Source: Octopus bimaculoides | Lineage: Eukaryota | Direction: 5' to 3' | Assembly: GCF_001194135.2 (NCBI RefSeq) | Contig: NC_068984.1 | Location: forward strand, 31,400,172-31,464,171 | Length of the DNA: 64,000 bases | Shown: piece after piece, positions 38,571 through 51,457 of the stretch | Layout of the letters: each line of letters starts with the position of its first letter | Position numbering within the stretch: the first letter of the stretch is position 1 | Program-made: the position numbers and the translations under genes | The notes under the pieces: generated by a model | Database searches by the model: none | What the model saw: the letters and a program-made list of their open reading frames with translations, nothing else | What the model was told of the DNA's origin: nothing

Positions 38571-39468
38571 TAATCCATAACTAAAATTTTGACAGGTGCT
38601 ACCACTCTGGGTGAGAAAAGACCCGAGAACAACAGTGGTCAAGAGGTGGTTCCACACTTTTCAAGACTCTGGAACTCCTGAACCAGAACCATACACACAT
38701 AATTGAAACCAGAAACACTCACTATCTAATGACATTCCATATGAACAAAGAAGTGCAAAACTCACGTATCTTAGCTAAGATCTGGAAGAGAAACACTCTA
38801 CATACCGTAAAAAGTTTATGCATCATTATGTTTCTTGTAAACAAGAGAAAGATGACAATTTTAACATGAAGTGTAGCCTCCTCTAGACATGTGACATGAC
38901 ATCACATCTCAAACACTATGCTTTTGCAATCCAAAAGCAGGAGATAGCTATTCAATATTTTAAGAATAAATGAGACAGCAGGGCACTTAAAATTCTAAGA
39001 TGCACCCATAAGTGTTGATTATGTAACTCTTCTGGGGAGGACATGACGAATGTTATCAGAAGATGTTCAAAAATATCATTGAAGAACTATATTCCACTGC
39101 CACATGATGTTCTTGCTGAAACAAAATATAGTGCCATCCATTCATGCTAATAATTATTGGTGCAATTCAATAATGCTTGTAAGTGTCTAAGTTACAATCT
39201 GAAGAAGGTAGGATTTTCAAGCAAAGCTAAATAGGACACCTAACATAAACATACAAATACAATCTATAACTGAAATAGTAATTATTTGCAAGATTTTCTT
39301 AAAGGTGTATATGCATCAATTATTATTGTTGCTATCCCAACTCCCATGTGAGAACTTTTATTATATATTTGTTAGAAACTGGCTCTCTCAATCTGGAATG
39401 AACACCTAAAAGCAAAAATAAAAAAAAGGCATACATACATAATAATATATAACACATATGTAATTATA

Positions 39469-39633
39469 GGTGTAGGTGTGGCTGTGTGGTAAGTAGCTTG
39501 CTTATGAACCACATGGTTCCAGGTTCAGTCCCACTGCGTGGCACCTTAGGCATGTGTCTTCTACTATAGCCTCGGGCCAACCAAAGCCTTGTGAGTGGAT
39601 TTGGTAGACGGAAACTGAAAGAAGCCTGTCATA

Positions 39634-39694
<61 letters not shown>

Positions 39695-39903
39695 TTATGC
39701 TTGTGTTTGTCTCCCCAACATCGCTTGACAACCGATGGTGGTGTGTTTAATTCTCCATAACTTAACGGTTCAGCAAAAGAGACCGATAGAATAAGTATTA
39801 GGCTTACAAAGAATAAGTCCTGGGGTCAATTAGCTCGACTAAAAGATGGTGCTCCAGCATGGCCACAGTCAAATGACTGAAACAAGTAAAAGAGTAAAAG
39901 AGT
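39469..39903 (+). mobile_element. SINE family A, near full length
   Basis: A-box-like tggctgtgtgg, B-box-like ggttcagtccc, ccttaggca..tgtcttctactatagc body, internal (TA)/(TG) tract and aagtaaaagagtaaaagag tail. Confidence 0.9.
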
Positions 39904-40799
39904 ATTTACACACACACACACACATACACACACAAACACATATATACAGAGTACCCTACTGTGTAATATGATGGGCTCTGAAGAAGCTAGGGGTAAATGA
40001 GTGCCTTGTAGAAGCTACACAATCCATGTAAGATGAAAGTTAACCATGAGTATAGTGATGAAATTAGTGTACAAGTAAGTGTTCATCATGAGTAAATATC
40101 TTCTACCAGAGTTAAAGGCCGTGTGTGTAAAATATGGTTGAAAGAAACCATGTGTAGGTAATTTCTTGGAGGCATTATTCCTGTTCTTGAAAGCTTGAAC
40201 ATCCTAGCTGATCATCACCATCTGGCTCTTGGTTGAGAGCAGAAGCATTCGCTTTATTGCAAGTATTTAGAATGCATCTTTAGTTCCAAAATATCTTCTT
40301 CCATTAGCTTCAAAGTCCTCATGAAAGGGTCATGCTGTTGCTGTTTCTCTTCTGAAAACTTCGTAACAAAGCTGTTACTTGCAAGCAAGTATGACTTGGT
40401 AGTATATACCAAGCTTTCTCCCATTGTTTCAGATGCCTATAGGCATAGGAACCTTCTTTTTCCCCCAGGCCTTGAGCCAACAGAATACTGAGGATGTAAC
40501 AGGTAGCAGGAGAGAGAAGATATTAGATTAGCATTTAGCTGGTGCTCATTTTCAGCTATGTAGACTGGTTCAATGGTAAGTGAAGTGACTTGCTCAATAA
40601 CCTAAAGCAACGTCCAGTCCAGGAACGGAATCCATGACCTAATAACTACAAGCTCAGTGTCTATAACCACTACCACAGACTTTGATGTAGCTACTAAAAG
40701 TATGTGTTGATACCATTTCATGTCAACATAGACAGTGAACATAGAATGACGACAATGATGATGACGACGACGATGACAACGACAATGACTAATACATAT

Positions 40800-41037
40800 C
40801 TGAAATAAGAATAGAGTCTCTATCAAATCACTTGACCTGCTAGATGTAGTAGCTAAATCTCTTTTAAATTATGCCCAACCATTTTTAAAAAAGATGTCTA
40901 ACATTGACTTAGACAACGTAATATTACATTCATAATGCCTAAAAACAAAGTTGTAGTTGGAAATTCTTTTGGTCATAGGCTTGCATAGTCAAAGCAGAGC
41001 TGGGGGCTAAACAGCAACAAAAACAACAGCAACAACT
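40800..41037 (+). mobile_element. (CAA)n-tailed dispersed repeat
   Basis: Ends ggggctaaacagcaacaaaaacaacagcaacaac, like the other copies of this family. Confidence 0.4.
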
Positions 41038-41558
41038 AATATCAGCCACTCATCTATGACGTTAAATATTACCTCTGTCATGGTGGAAAAGTTGCACCAG
41101 GAAAATGAATTTTTAGGAAAATGAATTTTCAGCTTTATTTAGAGACAGGATGTAATGCTAATTGTAGCAGCTTAAACTCATTAACCTTGTTTCAACAGAA
41201 GTCTGGCACACAGACTACTCAACCATTACATTACTCATAGTAAATAACTAATCAAGTTAGTATTCATATTTGAATTCACATGGCTAATGTCAGTGAAATT
41301 AACATGTCATTGTGCTGCATTGAAATAATTCGTATATTGATTTCATATACATACCCTGCAAAATATTAGCATATAGTTCATATTTTGTAGATGAGGTGTA
41401 TAATTGACTGAGTTGACTTCCGACTTTCATTGATTAATTGGGGTGATTTTAATGACACCACAGAGATGGAAATTTTAATCAAACCGAGCATCATTTGAAC
41501 TAAGGTCAATGCCATGTCAGTATAGATTCAGTAAGGCCTTTAGTCTAGTGATTTTACT

Positions 41559-41638
41559 GCCTGTGGTAAGAAGCTTGCTTCCCAACCACATGGTTCTGGG
41601 TTCAATCCCATTGCATGGCACCTTGGGCAAGTGTCTTC
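41559..41638 (+). mobile_element. SINE family A head, truncated and fused to an RT fragment
   Basis: tgtggtaagaagcttgcttcccaaccacatggttctgggttcaatcccattgcatggcaccttgggcaagtgtcttc. Confidence 0.85.
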
Positions 41639-41805
41639 AGTACTCAACCCCCGCCTATTTATCATAGTCCTCCAGGCGATAACAGAGGAATTCAAGACAG
41701 GATGCCCCTGGAAGCTCCTCTATGCTGATGACCTTGCATTAATTGCTGAGTCACTACCAGAACTAGGGAAGTTTCAGGTGTGAAAGCAAGAACTACAATC
41801 GAAGT
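41639..41805 (+). mobile_element. RTE reverse-transcriptase catalytic core fragment
   Basis: LFIIVLQAITEEFKTGCPWKLLYADDLALIAESLPEL contains the YADD motif. Confidence 0.85.
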
Positions 41806-41899
41806 TAGACAGGTTGATATATAAAGTATATTAAATACATGAAATACAGAAAATGTATATATGTATACATATAAAAAGGTCCAACTTACACAGAGTCCA

Positions 41900-42350
41900 A
41901 GTGGTATAGAGAATTAAAGGGGTTGAAGAAAAATATTACAAATTAAACAACTGTTTTGCGGGGCTTGGTGGTTCAAAATGATGTTTGCATATTGATTCCC
42001 TCAAAGGATGAGAAGAACCTTCATCTTCAGGGAAGAGATCTTACATTCATAGTGTTAAAGGAAAGAAGTTTGAAGATTTAAGGATTAAGGAGTGTGTAAC
42101 GACTAACATAAAGTCACTTGAAATGGATCCAAAGGCCATAGAAACCCTTGGTTTGGATCGAGCTAGATGGCGAACAAAAGTGTGGAGTCGCGTGAAAGCT
42201 TTTGAAGAAACCAGGACAACCCATGTGAAACTGTAAAGAAATTTAAGGACAAATGTTATGATTAAGGATATAATGAATCGCAACAACCTTTTTGTGTGCA
42301 CAATTTGTGACAGGCTATGCTTTTCTTTTGCTAGGCTCAAATCTCATTTG
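41900..42350 (+). mobile_element. RTE-BovB-like LINE C-terminus with terminal C2H2-like motif, decayed
   Basis: KSLEMDPKAIETLGLDRARWRTKVWSRVKAFEETR ... FVCTICDRLCFSFARLKSH. Confidence 0.75.
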
Positions 42351-43111
42351 TATACCCATGGAAAATGAACCTCCACCAACTACTCCATGTATCTGTCTGT
42401 GCATACCTGTCAATGCTGTATATGCTATAATGTATGAAAATCTAACGGATGCCTCAAAAGACATTTTACGATCCACAAAGATCAGAACTTTACTACAGTT
42501 CTTGGTGGTCCAAAGTAGATATGCAATTTATGTGGGTGTCTTTTCAAATGGTAGAAAAGACAACCACATAAATTGTAGATGTAAGGTGTAAGTACAAGAG
42601 GTGGTCAATCTCTGTGTAAGGAGTAGACAACCACCAAATATACACACACACACAGACACAAACACACACAGATATATATACACACATTCATATATATATT
42701 CATTCATTTACTTTTACATTCATTTTACCTTACTTGCATGGATATGCAAGTTTATAGAGAGTATGGAAGGGTAGAATTGTTTTAATTTCAGTTGTTTAGT
42801 CAGGGGCTGCAATATCTGCAATTTATTTTAGAGTTTACATTCTTGTGGCAGATTGGAAAAAAAGTTATTCCCATATTTTTGACCTGACCTGAATGCTTGC
42901 AATAGAAAGGCCACAGATAAAAGCACCCTGAGCTACCAGGTTAAGACGCTAAGCAAGGTGCTTAACTCTAATCCCCAAGAACAGGAACGATCCTTCAAGC
43001 AGGATTCCACAAACTATCCATCTAACAGATTTTGAGGAAGACATGTTTGTAAACCTGAGGCTAAGGAATTTTTGCAAACTGCCATGCAGTAAGATCAAAC
43101 CTCAAACTTAC

Positions 43112-43161
43112 TTAAGTTGCAAAGCAATCTTGTTAACTTCAAAATCCATATCTGCTGAGAG
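43112..43161 (-). CDS. Candidate exon, unverified: LSADMDFEVNKIALQL, phase 0 to 2
   Basis: Strong acceptor ttgtgtttttgtag and donor TAA/gtaagt. A second frame (phase 2 to 1) is also open. Confidence 0.25.
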
Positions 43162-44254
43162 CTACAAAAACACAAGTTTATATATGAAGATATTTTTCAA
43201 GGCTAAGTGTGCCTCTTGGTTATATTGAGGAAGAAAAAAAATAATTTCTATGAAAAAGTGTACTTGTAATTTCAATGTACCAAAAGTTTTTGTTCATGTT
43301 CCTATTGCCATCGGTGGTTTCATCATTCTGCATAAGCTACAGAAAAAGATTTTGTCTCAACAGCATTTGTGTAGAAGAACAGTTGGCAGGCATTATGATC
43401 TGAAGACACAGCAAGATTGCCAACAGCTATATCACAAGAATTCATTCAAAATACACATACATGCACACTTGTACACACTCATACACTTAACAGTGATGAT
43501 TCAATGAAACTTTATAATTATTGCAAAAATTTATTGATTTTAATGAAGAATATTAGAAGTATTGTTCTGTTGTTTCTCAAGAATTTTAATCACCTATATA
43601 ATTTAAACGTCTAGACTTAGACTGTTCAGAGTGTGATTTTCTTTCTTTTATTTACTTGTTCTACTTTTATTTATTTTTACTCATTTTTAATCTTTTACCA
43701 GCTTCTTGGTTTTAATTCTTTGGTTTTGGCTGTCAGTTCAAAGTATTTGGAAATTATGTTTATTTATTTAATATAGAAACTTAAACATTATCTATCAAAG
43801 ATAGATATAGATAGATAAATAAAGTGAGAAAATGATAGAGAGATCACACAAAAGTAAGGAATAGAAAGACAAGTTGGCACTGGAAACAAATAAAGAAGCA
43901 TTCATTCATATTTACATTCCAAAGTATATAATTTATATTCCCCATTAGAACCATTGATTTCAGTGTTTTACAAGATATCAAGACAACTTATATAGCAGTA
44001 AGACAAGATTGGTCAATTTGAACCTAATATATTTCCAGTATTTTGTATAGACTCTTGAAGAGATGAAACACAATGTCTATTTTAACAAAGATTTGAACTC
44101 AGAATGTCAATGAAAGGAAATAACTTGTGTAAAATAAATTCCAGAAATCTACAATTGTTGCCAACCCATTATTTCTCATTTTCAGTAAAATTATTGAATT
44201 TTAGCAAGGCTCTATGCCAGGGACTGGAGAAGCAGACATAAATGTATGGAATAC

Positions 44255-44410
44255 AGGGTTGGCTGTGTGATTAAGAAGTTTGATTCACAATTGTGGCTTT
44301 AAGTTCAATCTTTCAATACTACGTCTTACTCTATGTGTCTTCTGCAATAGCTTTAGATCAACCAAATCCTTGTAAGAGAAATTTGGCTCATAGAAATCAT
44401 GTGGAAGATC
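44255..44410 (+). mobile_element. Degraded SINE family A 5' half
   Basis: ttggctgtgtgattaagaagttt ... tgtcttctgcaatagc. Confidence 0.5.
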
Positions 44411-44937
44411 TGGGCAGTCGATATACTCAATCACATGCTTTAACACCGTTGCCTGGTTCAAAGACTCCATACAGTTGCATACATATGAACACAGTCTCAG
44501 TCAGATGTATTTTGTGTAATTACTAACTCTTTACAAGGTACATCAGTTAGTCTTCCCAAAAGGTATTGCATCTAAATCTGTAATAAAGAGCCTGCTTCAA
44601 TTTTCAAATTAATAGATCCTATCATAAAAGCAGTGTGTTTGATTTCTAAATTCATCATTTTCATGCTATACCTATAATCCCTTGAATGGGATCTCTGTTG
44701 TATTTCCTAATTTGTTTTTGCCTTGTTCACCTCTTTTGAACAGCATTATCATTACTAACATATTATTTAAATTTATCCCTTTTCTCCCTATTATTATCAT
44801 CATAGCTTTATTCATAGGCTTTATATCAGAACAGTCTGACCAATCCTCTCTTCCTGCTTATATCTTCTTAGATGTCAGAGTTAAAAATATGAAAGCAGAA
44901 CCAAATTAAAAATGAAATAATTCTAAATCTCATCCAG

Positions 44938-45013
44938 CTGTCAAATTCTTTCAATCAATGAATTTCTTGAAGATGCCTATCCCACGTTGAATTGGGAAAC
45001 ACAAAGGACGCAA
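44938..45013 (+). CDS. Candidate exon, unverified: CQILSINEFLEDAYPTLNWETQRTQ, phase 2 to 0
   Basis: Acceptor tctcatccag, donor CAA/gtaatc. Peptide is protein-like. Confidence 0.15.
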
Positions 45014-45021
45014 GTAATCTT

Positions 45022-45026
<5 letters not shown>

Positions 45027-45111
<85 letters not shown>
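45027..45111. repeat. (GA)n microsatellite
   Basis: Directly visible. Confidence 0.98.
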
Positions 45112-45112
<1 letters not shown>

Positions 45113-47059
45113 AATAATTAGGCTTTATAGAAAAAATACTGAGTCAATTGACCAAATATGTAATCCAAAATGCATTCAAGGCTGGGATGGTTAAGGCTGG
45201 AATAGTCTGATCTTGTGTCTGACCAGTGGAGGCTGATCTGTAACTAAACAACAACAACAACAACAGCAACCAACTATTGCTAATAGATTAAATTGACTGA
45301 GTATGACTGATTATCAAATGTATTGTTGTTGAAACAGAATGGTTGAATGGATGTGTTATTTAACTGTCAGGTTCAGGATTTTGAACTGAAATCCACATAG
45401 AGTGTTCATTGTTCAGACCCAGTCAAGGCTTCACTGAAATGAGATTTGATTAGAGGTATGGCACCTGGAAAATCTTATCATTGTTAAGGAAATAACGATG
45501 TGATTTGAGAGATATATGGCTAATATTTCTAGTAAGACAAATAACCACATAAAGGGATGATTTGTATGATTGGTAACTTTAGTACAGTTTAAAATATTAA
45601 ATATTACAGCATGTATAAATAACTATGTTTTGTTTATTAATTTAAATTGAGTTATTTAACTACATCATCTGAAAACCCTGAATTAATAACACAAATACAT
45701 AAAATTGGAGAAAGAAATACAACATATAATCACATTTTCTACTTGTTATTTTGCATTCTATATTCCACTGGTCCTAAAAAATCAAAAGAAATAGATTACT
45801 ATTTTTTGTTTATAAGAAAATCTAAACAAAGACAATTATATATCTATGCATGTGTACTTGTGCTATGCTGCTTGCATGAGGGGATTTATACATCCATATC
45901 GGTTAATGGTTATTTCCAATACTTTTCTCGCTGGATTAAGTGTTCGTTTCTCTTTTTGTCTTCTGCAATTTTATTTTTGGATCTTCTATATATATGAAGA
46001 ATTTTCTTCCGTCTGGCTATTTTTCTCTCTCCAAAACGGAAAGTTGCATTATGGAACAGTCATTTTAATGAGATTTTTTATTTATTTGTCATCCAGCAAG
46101 ATATGTCTGCACCATCGGATACTCCTGAACTAGACTTTATGTGTCCCACAAGAAGAGTCAATGCTAGATGTGTCGAAACAATTGTTGTGATTAATAATAT
46201 ATTCTCGTATATTCCATCTTCTGTCTTTCATTTGTTATTTATTATATATATATATATGTGTGTGTGTGTGCATGTGTGTGTGTGTGTGTATGTGTATTTG
46301 TATGTGTGTATGTATATATATATATATGTGTACATGTTAACCAAGAGAGACAGAGACAGTTAGAAACAAGGGAAATGTCCCTTGTATTTGAATACTATGC
46401 GAATATTCTTTTAAAATACTTTTCATGTAACTTTTTCCAGAATTTAATTGTTTTCCATACTTACAGTAGAAAAAGTCTCAATGACCAAAACCAGTACTGA
46501 AATGTTTTTTATAAAATTATTTTAGCATTTTCTACCTTGACTTTTTTCCATATATATATATATGGGTGTGTGTGTGTGTGTGCATGTACACACACACACA
46601 CACACGTATGTATGTATGTATGTATACATGTATTTATAGACATGACTGAACAAACAGTAAAGACAGAAATCAATACATGAATGCATAATATATATCCAAT
46701 TTTATTACTTTTAAAAGTGACATTACCCAAACTTCTTGGTTCTCAAATAACTTTTGTAATTGTCTACCAATTAAAAATAAGAGTGTAAACACACACACAT
46801 GCACACACACACATATATACATACATATATTTTGGCAAACTGGAAAACACCACGCTCTTACGATGGAACTTCAGCTGTCTTGCAGTCTTTGGACCCCTCC
46901 CCATTGAATTATTCTTCAACTACTTTAATTATGGCATTACAGTCAAAAGGGACATGATTATAATTTACTTTTTTCTTTTCATTTTTTCCATTTTTGTTCA
47001 CCCTTCTACTTTCTTGCATCTACCTTCTCATTTTTTCTCACGACTTCTTTTGTAACAGC

Positions 47060-47560
47060 ATCCTGATCACAAATCAAATGGACCATGTGATCAGAACCCA
47101 AAGATCGCCTGGAGAAACAAGGAATGTTATAAAAACCTGCCTAGAACTGTTTCCCATAGGAAAAATTATTAGTAGTTCATATCTTTATACAATGTAATCT
47201 TGATCTCAGTCAAGGTGCTTTGTCTTCTGGGATGTTGAAGGAAGACTTGTGGGTGTTATAAAGGGTTCTGAAGGGGCTTTCAGTTGTCCCCATATACTTT
47301 CACACATTTAATCATGGGGGAAACTGAAGGCCCCCCCCCCCTCAACATCTTGGAGAGACAATGTGCCACAACCTTGGCTAAGCATGCATGGTCAGTGAAA
47401 GAAAGCACCACTGAGTACACCACTAAACTTACTTCAATAGCAGCAAGAAGTACAGATTATACCTGGCTAAGAAAAGAGCGATATTAAAACACTCTGAGCA
47501 CTCAGGCATCTACCTGAACTGCAGAAATGAAAGTTTTAATCCTTGCTGACATGACAGGGA
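47060..47560 (+). mobile_element. Penelope-like element remnant (GIY-YIG endonuclease region)
   Basis: NPKIAWRN, MGETEGP, ATTLAKHAWSVKE and YLNCRNESFNPC*H. Parallels 54140-54780. Confidence 0.55.
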
Positions 47561-47789
47561 GTACATCCTATCATATCTACGTGACCCATCATGACAATAA
47601 CTGCCAGTCCCCAGCTTCAGCCATCTTTCACCAATACCTAGGAATCTGGTGATGAGTTTGATCAGAACATACATAGACAAACACACACGCCCTAACACGG
47701 CGGACATCCATCCAAGAGACCCTTTTCCACCACCCTAATACAAGCCTATGCACATAGAGAGCATCTCTATGGGTGCTGCATAATACACA

Positions 47790-47924
47790 CCTAGTGCGCT
47801 CTGTAAAGTGGTTGGCATTAGGAAAGGCCTCCAGTGAGATATTTTGGATTTTGGTACTGCTTTCTGGTTTGCCAGCTTCTATCAAACTGTACAACCCTTG
47901 CCAGCACATAAAATGGACGTTAAG

Positions 47925-47970
<46 letters not shown>
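47790..47970 (+). mobile_element. RTE LINE 3' tail ending in (GAT)n
   Basis: gtggttggcattaggaaaggcctccag ... aaatggacgttaagtgatgatgat. Confidence 0.75.
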
Positions 47971-47971
<1 letters not shown>

Positions 47972-48863
47972 TACAGTATTTAAATAATAGTAATATGCAG
48001 TGCATATTAAGTGGTATTTAACTCAAATCACATATAGTACTTTTATTGTTGAACCTACCAACAACAGAACAGTAAGCTATACACACGCACAAACACACAT
48101 GAATGCAAACAAATGCACGCAAACACATGCACATCTTTATATAAATCTATGCATATACATACATATTAATATCTATATCACATTTGCACCTAGCAATACT
48201 CGAAAGCTTCTGTCAATAAAACTATTATAATTGTTTATATTTTCTTGTATGGTGTGTGTTTTCATGTGTACGTATGTGTGAGTGTATATGCCTCAGTATA
48301 AATCTAGTTCATGCAGGAGCTATAAACTATATGTTTACCACTTGAAGTGCTTTTTAAACTGACAGAATTTGAACTCAAACTTGACATCAAGATTCCATGC
48401 AACAAAATATTAAACCACTTTGCTACTACACCAGTTATGTAAATAATTGATATGATAGTTCATCTTGAAAATGAAAGTTATATAAGTCATTTCATGTTTC
48501 TATTCATTGGAATGGCAAGTATTTTCCTCACTGAAGCAAACTGGGATCTTGTGTTAGTCAGTCAATAAGAATGGCAAAATCTTCTGTTGAATCAAATTAA
48601 CGTAACTGTCAACTACAACTTCAAGATATTTCAAGCTCTGGTGAGTTAGATCACTTCCTGTCAAATAGACTTATACTGATGCACGAAAAATTTTTTAAAG
48701 GTTTGCCATTAGTATGTCTGGTTAATATATGATGCCACACTCTATATCACCTTTCCAAACAAATACTCTTAGCAGCAAATATTTTATTATAAATTAAGAA
48801 GAGAAAACAGAAAAATGATAACACAAATACGTGCACTGTATAGAAGTGTGTGCTTGTGCGTGA

Positions 48864-48866
<3 letters not shown>

Positions 48867-48929
<63 letters not shown>
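48867..48929. repeat. (TA)n within a longer compound microsatellite
   Basis: Directly visible. Confidence 0.97.
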
Positions 48930-48937
<8 letters not shown>

Positions 48938-49107
48938 ATATGTATGTATGTTTGTATATGAATACATACGTATATATACATATACATATATACAAGCATA
49001 CATGAATGTATAACTATGTAGGTATATAAGCATATATGTATATGTGTATGTATATATATATATATATATATATATGCAAGTACACATGTATGTATAAATG
49101 TGATGAT

Positions 49108-49452
49108 ATCGGAGACCCCCTTTGGTCACAAATACCCATGGGATTGCACCTAGAAAGTTACTCTCCGAGGCACAAGTCTGGGCAAGGTTGTTTATGGAAG
49201 GCCAGCAGTCGCCCATGCATACCATCCTCCCCTCTCCACACCACCGATGTTACCCAAGGGAAAAGCAAAGGCCGATACAGCTTGGCACCAGTGACGTCAC
49301 AACTCATTTCTACAGCTCAGCTGAGTGAACTGGGGCAACGTGAAATAAAGTGTCTTGCTGAAGAACACAACACGCAGCCCAGTCCGGGATTTGAACTCAC
49401 GACCTCACGGTCGTAAGTTCGATGCTCTAACCACTGAGCCACATGCCTTCAC
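49108..49452 (-). mobile_element. tRNA-derived SINE family C, well preserved
   Basis: Minus-strand head gtggctcagtggttagagcatcgaacttacgaccgtgaggtcgtgagttcaaatcccgga contains A and B boxes. Colinear with 7335-7660. Confidence 0.85.
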
Positions 49453-50120
49453 ATTGTGTTGATATATACATATATTCATAAAGTGTCTAACTATGTGAGT
49501 CATGAGAGTTGCAGACAGAATTCCTTAGTTATTTGTTTTGCCTCCCTATTCTCACAGTTGAATTTCTGATATGGGTAACTGCACCTTTCAACCTTTTGGA
49601 GTCAGTAAATAAAAGCACCTATGCAGAGCAGTGTTGATGGTGGGAATTAGTAGAGTAGCAGGTGAAATAACTTGCACTATCTGATGAGGCTTTTCGGGTT
49701 GTGTTGGCCATCGTCTGTGATGACATGTTGCCCAGCACTAGTGCACCTTTGTTTCACTCTTTGATAATATTGATGTCATAGGGTAGAGAGACTTACATGA
49801 GTGGATAACTACTGGTTTTATATTAAAACCTTGCCCATGTCTGCACATAAAAGAAGAACTTCCCAGCTTTCATTACACTGCCTTATCAGACATATGGGAA
49901 CGCTGGATATATATTTATGTGTAAGTGTTTGTGCATGTTATATCGCACATTCAGATGACCTCTACTCAACTACTCGATGTCTAGACTTCTCCCTCTATAT
50001 CTATGCATTGGGCTAGCCTACTTCATTGTCTGGGAGCGTCGACACAACATATATATATAAATATAATAATGTATGCATATATATATACATATATACATAT
50101 ATACTCACACACACCAGTTT

Positions 50121-50630
50121 TCATCATCATCATCATCATTGTTTAACGTCCGCTTTCCATGCTAGCATGGGTTGGACGATTTGACTGAGGACTGGTGAAA
50201 CCGGATGGCAGCACCAGGCTCCAATCTAATTTGGCAGAGTTTCTACAGCTGGATGCCCTTCCTAACGGCAACCACTCAGAGAGTGGAGAGGGTGCTTTTA
50301 CATGTCACCCACATGAAGGCCAGTCAGGCGGTACTGACAACGGCCACGCTCAAAATGGTGTCTTTTATGTGCCACCCGCACAAGAGCCAGTCCAGGGGCA
50401 CTGGCAACGATCTCGCTCGAAAATCCTATGAAGGCCAGTCAGGTGGTACTGGCAATGACCACGCTCAAAATGGTGCATCTTATGTGCCACCCGCACAAGA
50501 GCCAATCCAGGGGCACTGGCAACGATCTACCTTGGCTTGTCGGGTCTTCTCACACACAGCACATTTCCAAAGGTCTCGGTCAGTAGTCATCGCCTCGGTG
50601 AGGCCCAATGTTCGAAGGTCTTGCCTCCTA
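50121..50630 (-). mobile_element. Young RTE LINE 3' end: ORF terminus, 3' UTR with a 101 bp duplication, (GAT)n tail
   Basis: RQDLRTLGLTEAMTTDRDLWKCAVCEKTRQAK. Duplicated segments at 50313-50413 and 50428-50528. Confidence 0.9.
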
Positions 50631-51457
50631 CTTACACATCTATTTATATGTATGTATGCATGATTGCATGTAATCGGTTTCAATGGTTGAAGTGAAAGTA
50701 GATGAAGCTAGTAATAATTACACATGTATTCTGGGTATATTGGGTTAAGTGACACATAATTACACATTTATGTTGGGTTAAAAAACCTCGTTGGATAGAA
50801 ATATTTGAAGGCTGTGAACACACGTCTTCTGTAAACATGATAGATGTTTTATCATTGAACCAAAGCAAGACTTGAAGTTTCTCTGTCCATTTTAGAAACT
50901 TTGTTGTTACCAGCAAGAATTGTATATTGTTCACTTCATAAAAAGTTAGAAACTTTGAGAGAACGGGAATTTATTTTAAGAGTTGTATGCAAAGAGGAAA
51001 GGTATAAATAATAGCATCATTCATTTTTATGTTTTACTTGTTTCAGTCATTAGATAATCTCATTAGATGATAGTTGAAATGTCCATAGGAGATTTGAACA
51101 TGTCATCTATAATCAGTTTGTCAATTCTGAGAAATGGCAGCCAAATATCCCACAAATTAAGCAATTAGCTTCTAACTCAATTCTAGGATTAATCAATTCA
51201 TTATTATTGTCGTATAAATCACCAGTAACAAATTGGTGACTGTAACAATTTTATCACTATTTTTGCTTTTGAGCCTAAGAAAACTATATTGCTTGATTTT
51301 GTCTTGAAATGTTTTGATAAGCAGCAAGAATTTCATCAACAAAACTTTAATCATCTTGTGCATGCATCTAAAATGAAATTTTAACCTGATAATACATGTG
51401 TATATACATATACATATCCTTCCATCCATCTGTCTATCAATCCATCATACATACATA

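Noticed and set aside
46994-47197. Strong pyrimidine tract and acceptor at ~47058 with two open frames
   Set aside because: The downstream peptides fit the Penelope remnant better than a host exon.
49385-49447. tRNA-like sequence with A and B boxes
   Set aside because: It is the head of SINE family C and continues into the SINE body, so it is not a stand-alone tRNA gene.
49834-49898. Minus-strand hammerhead-like layout (CTGATAA...GAAA with a possible stem I)
   Set aside because: The catalytic G8 is replaced by A, stem II does not pair and there is no UH triplet. At best a dead relic.
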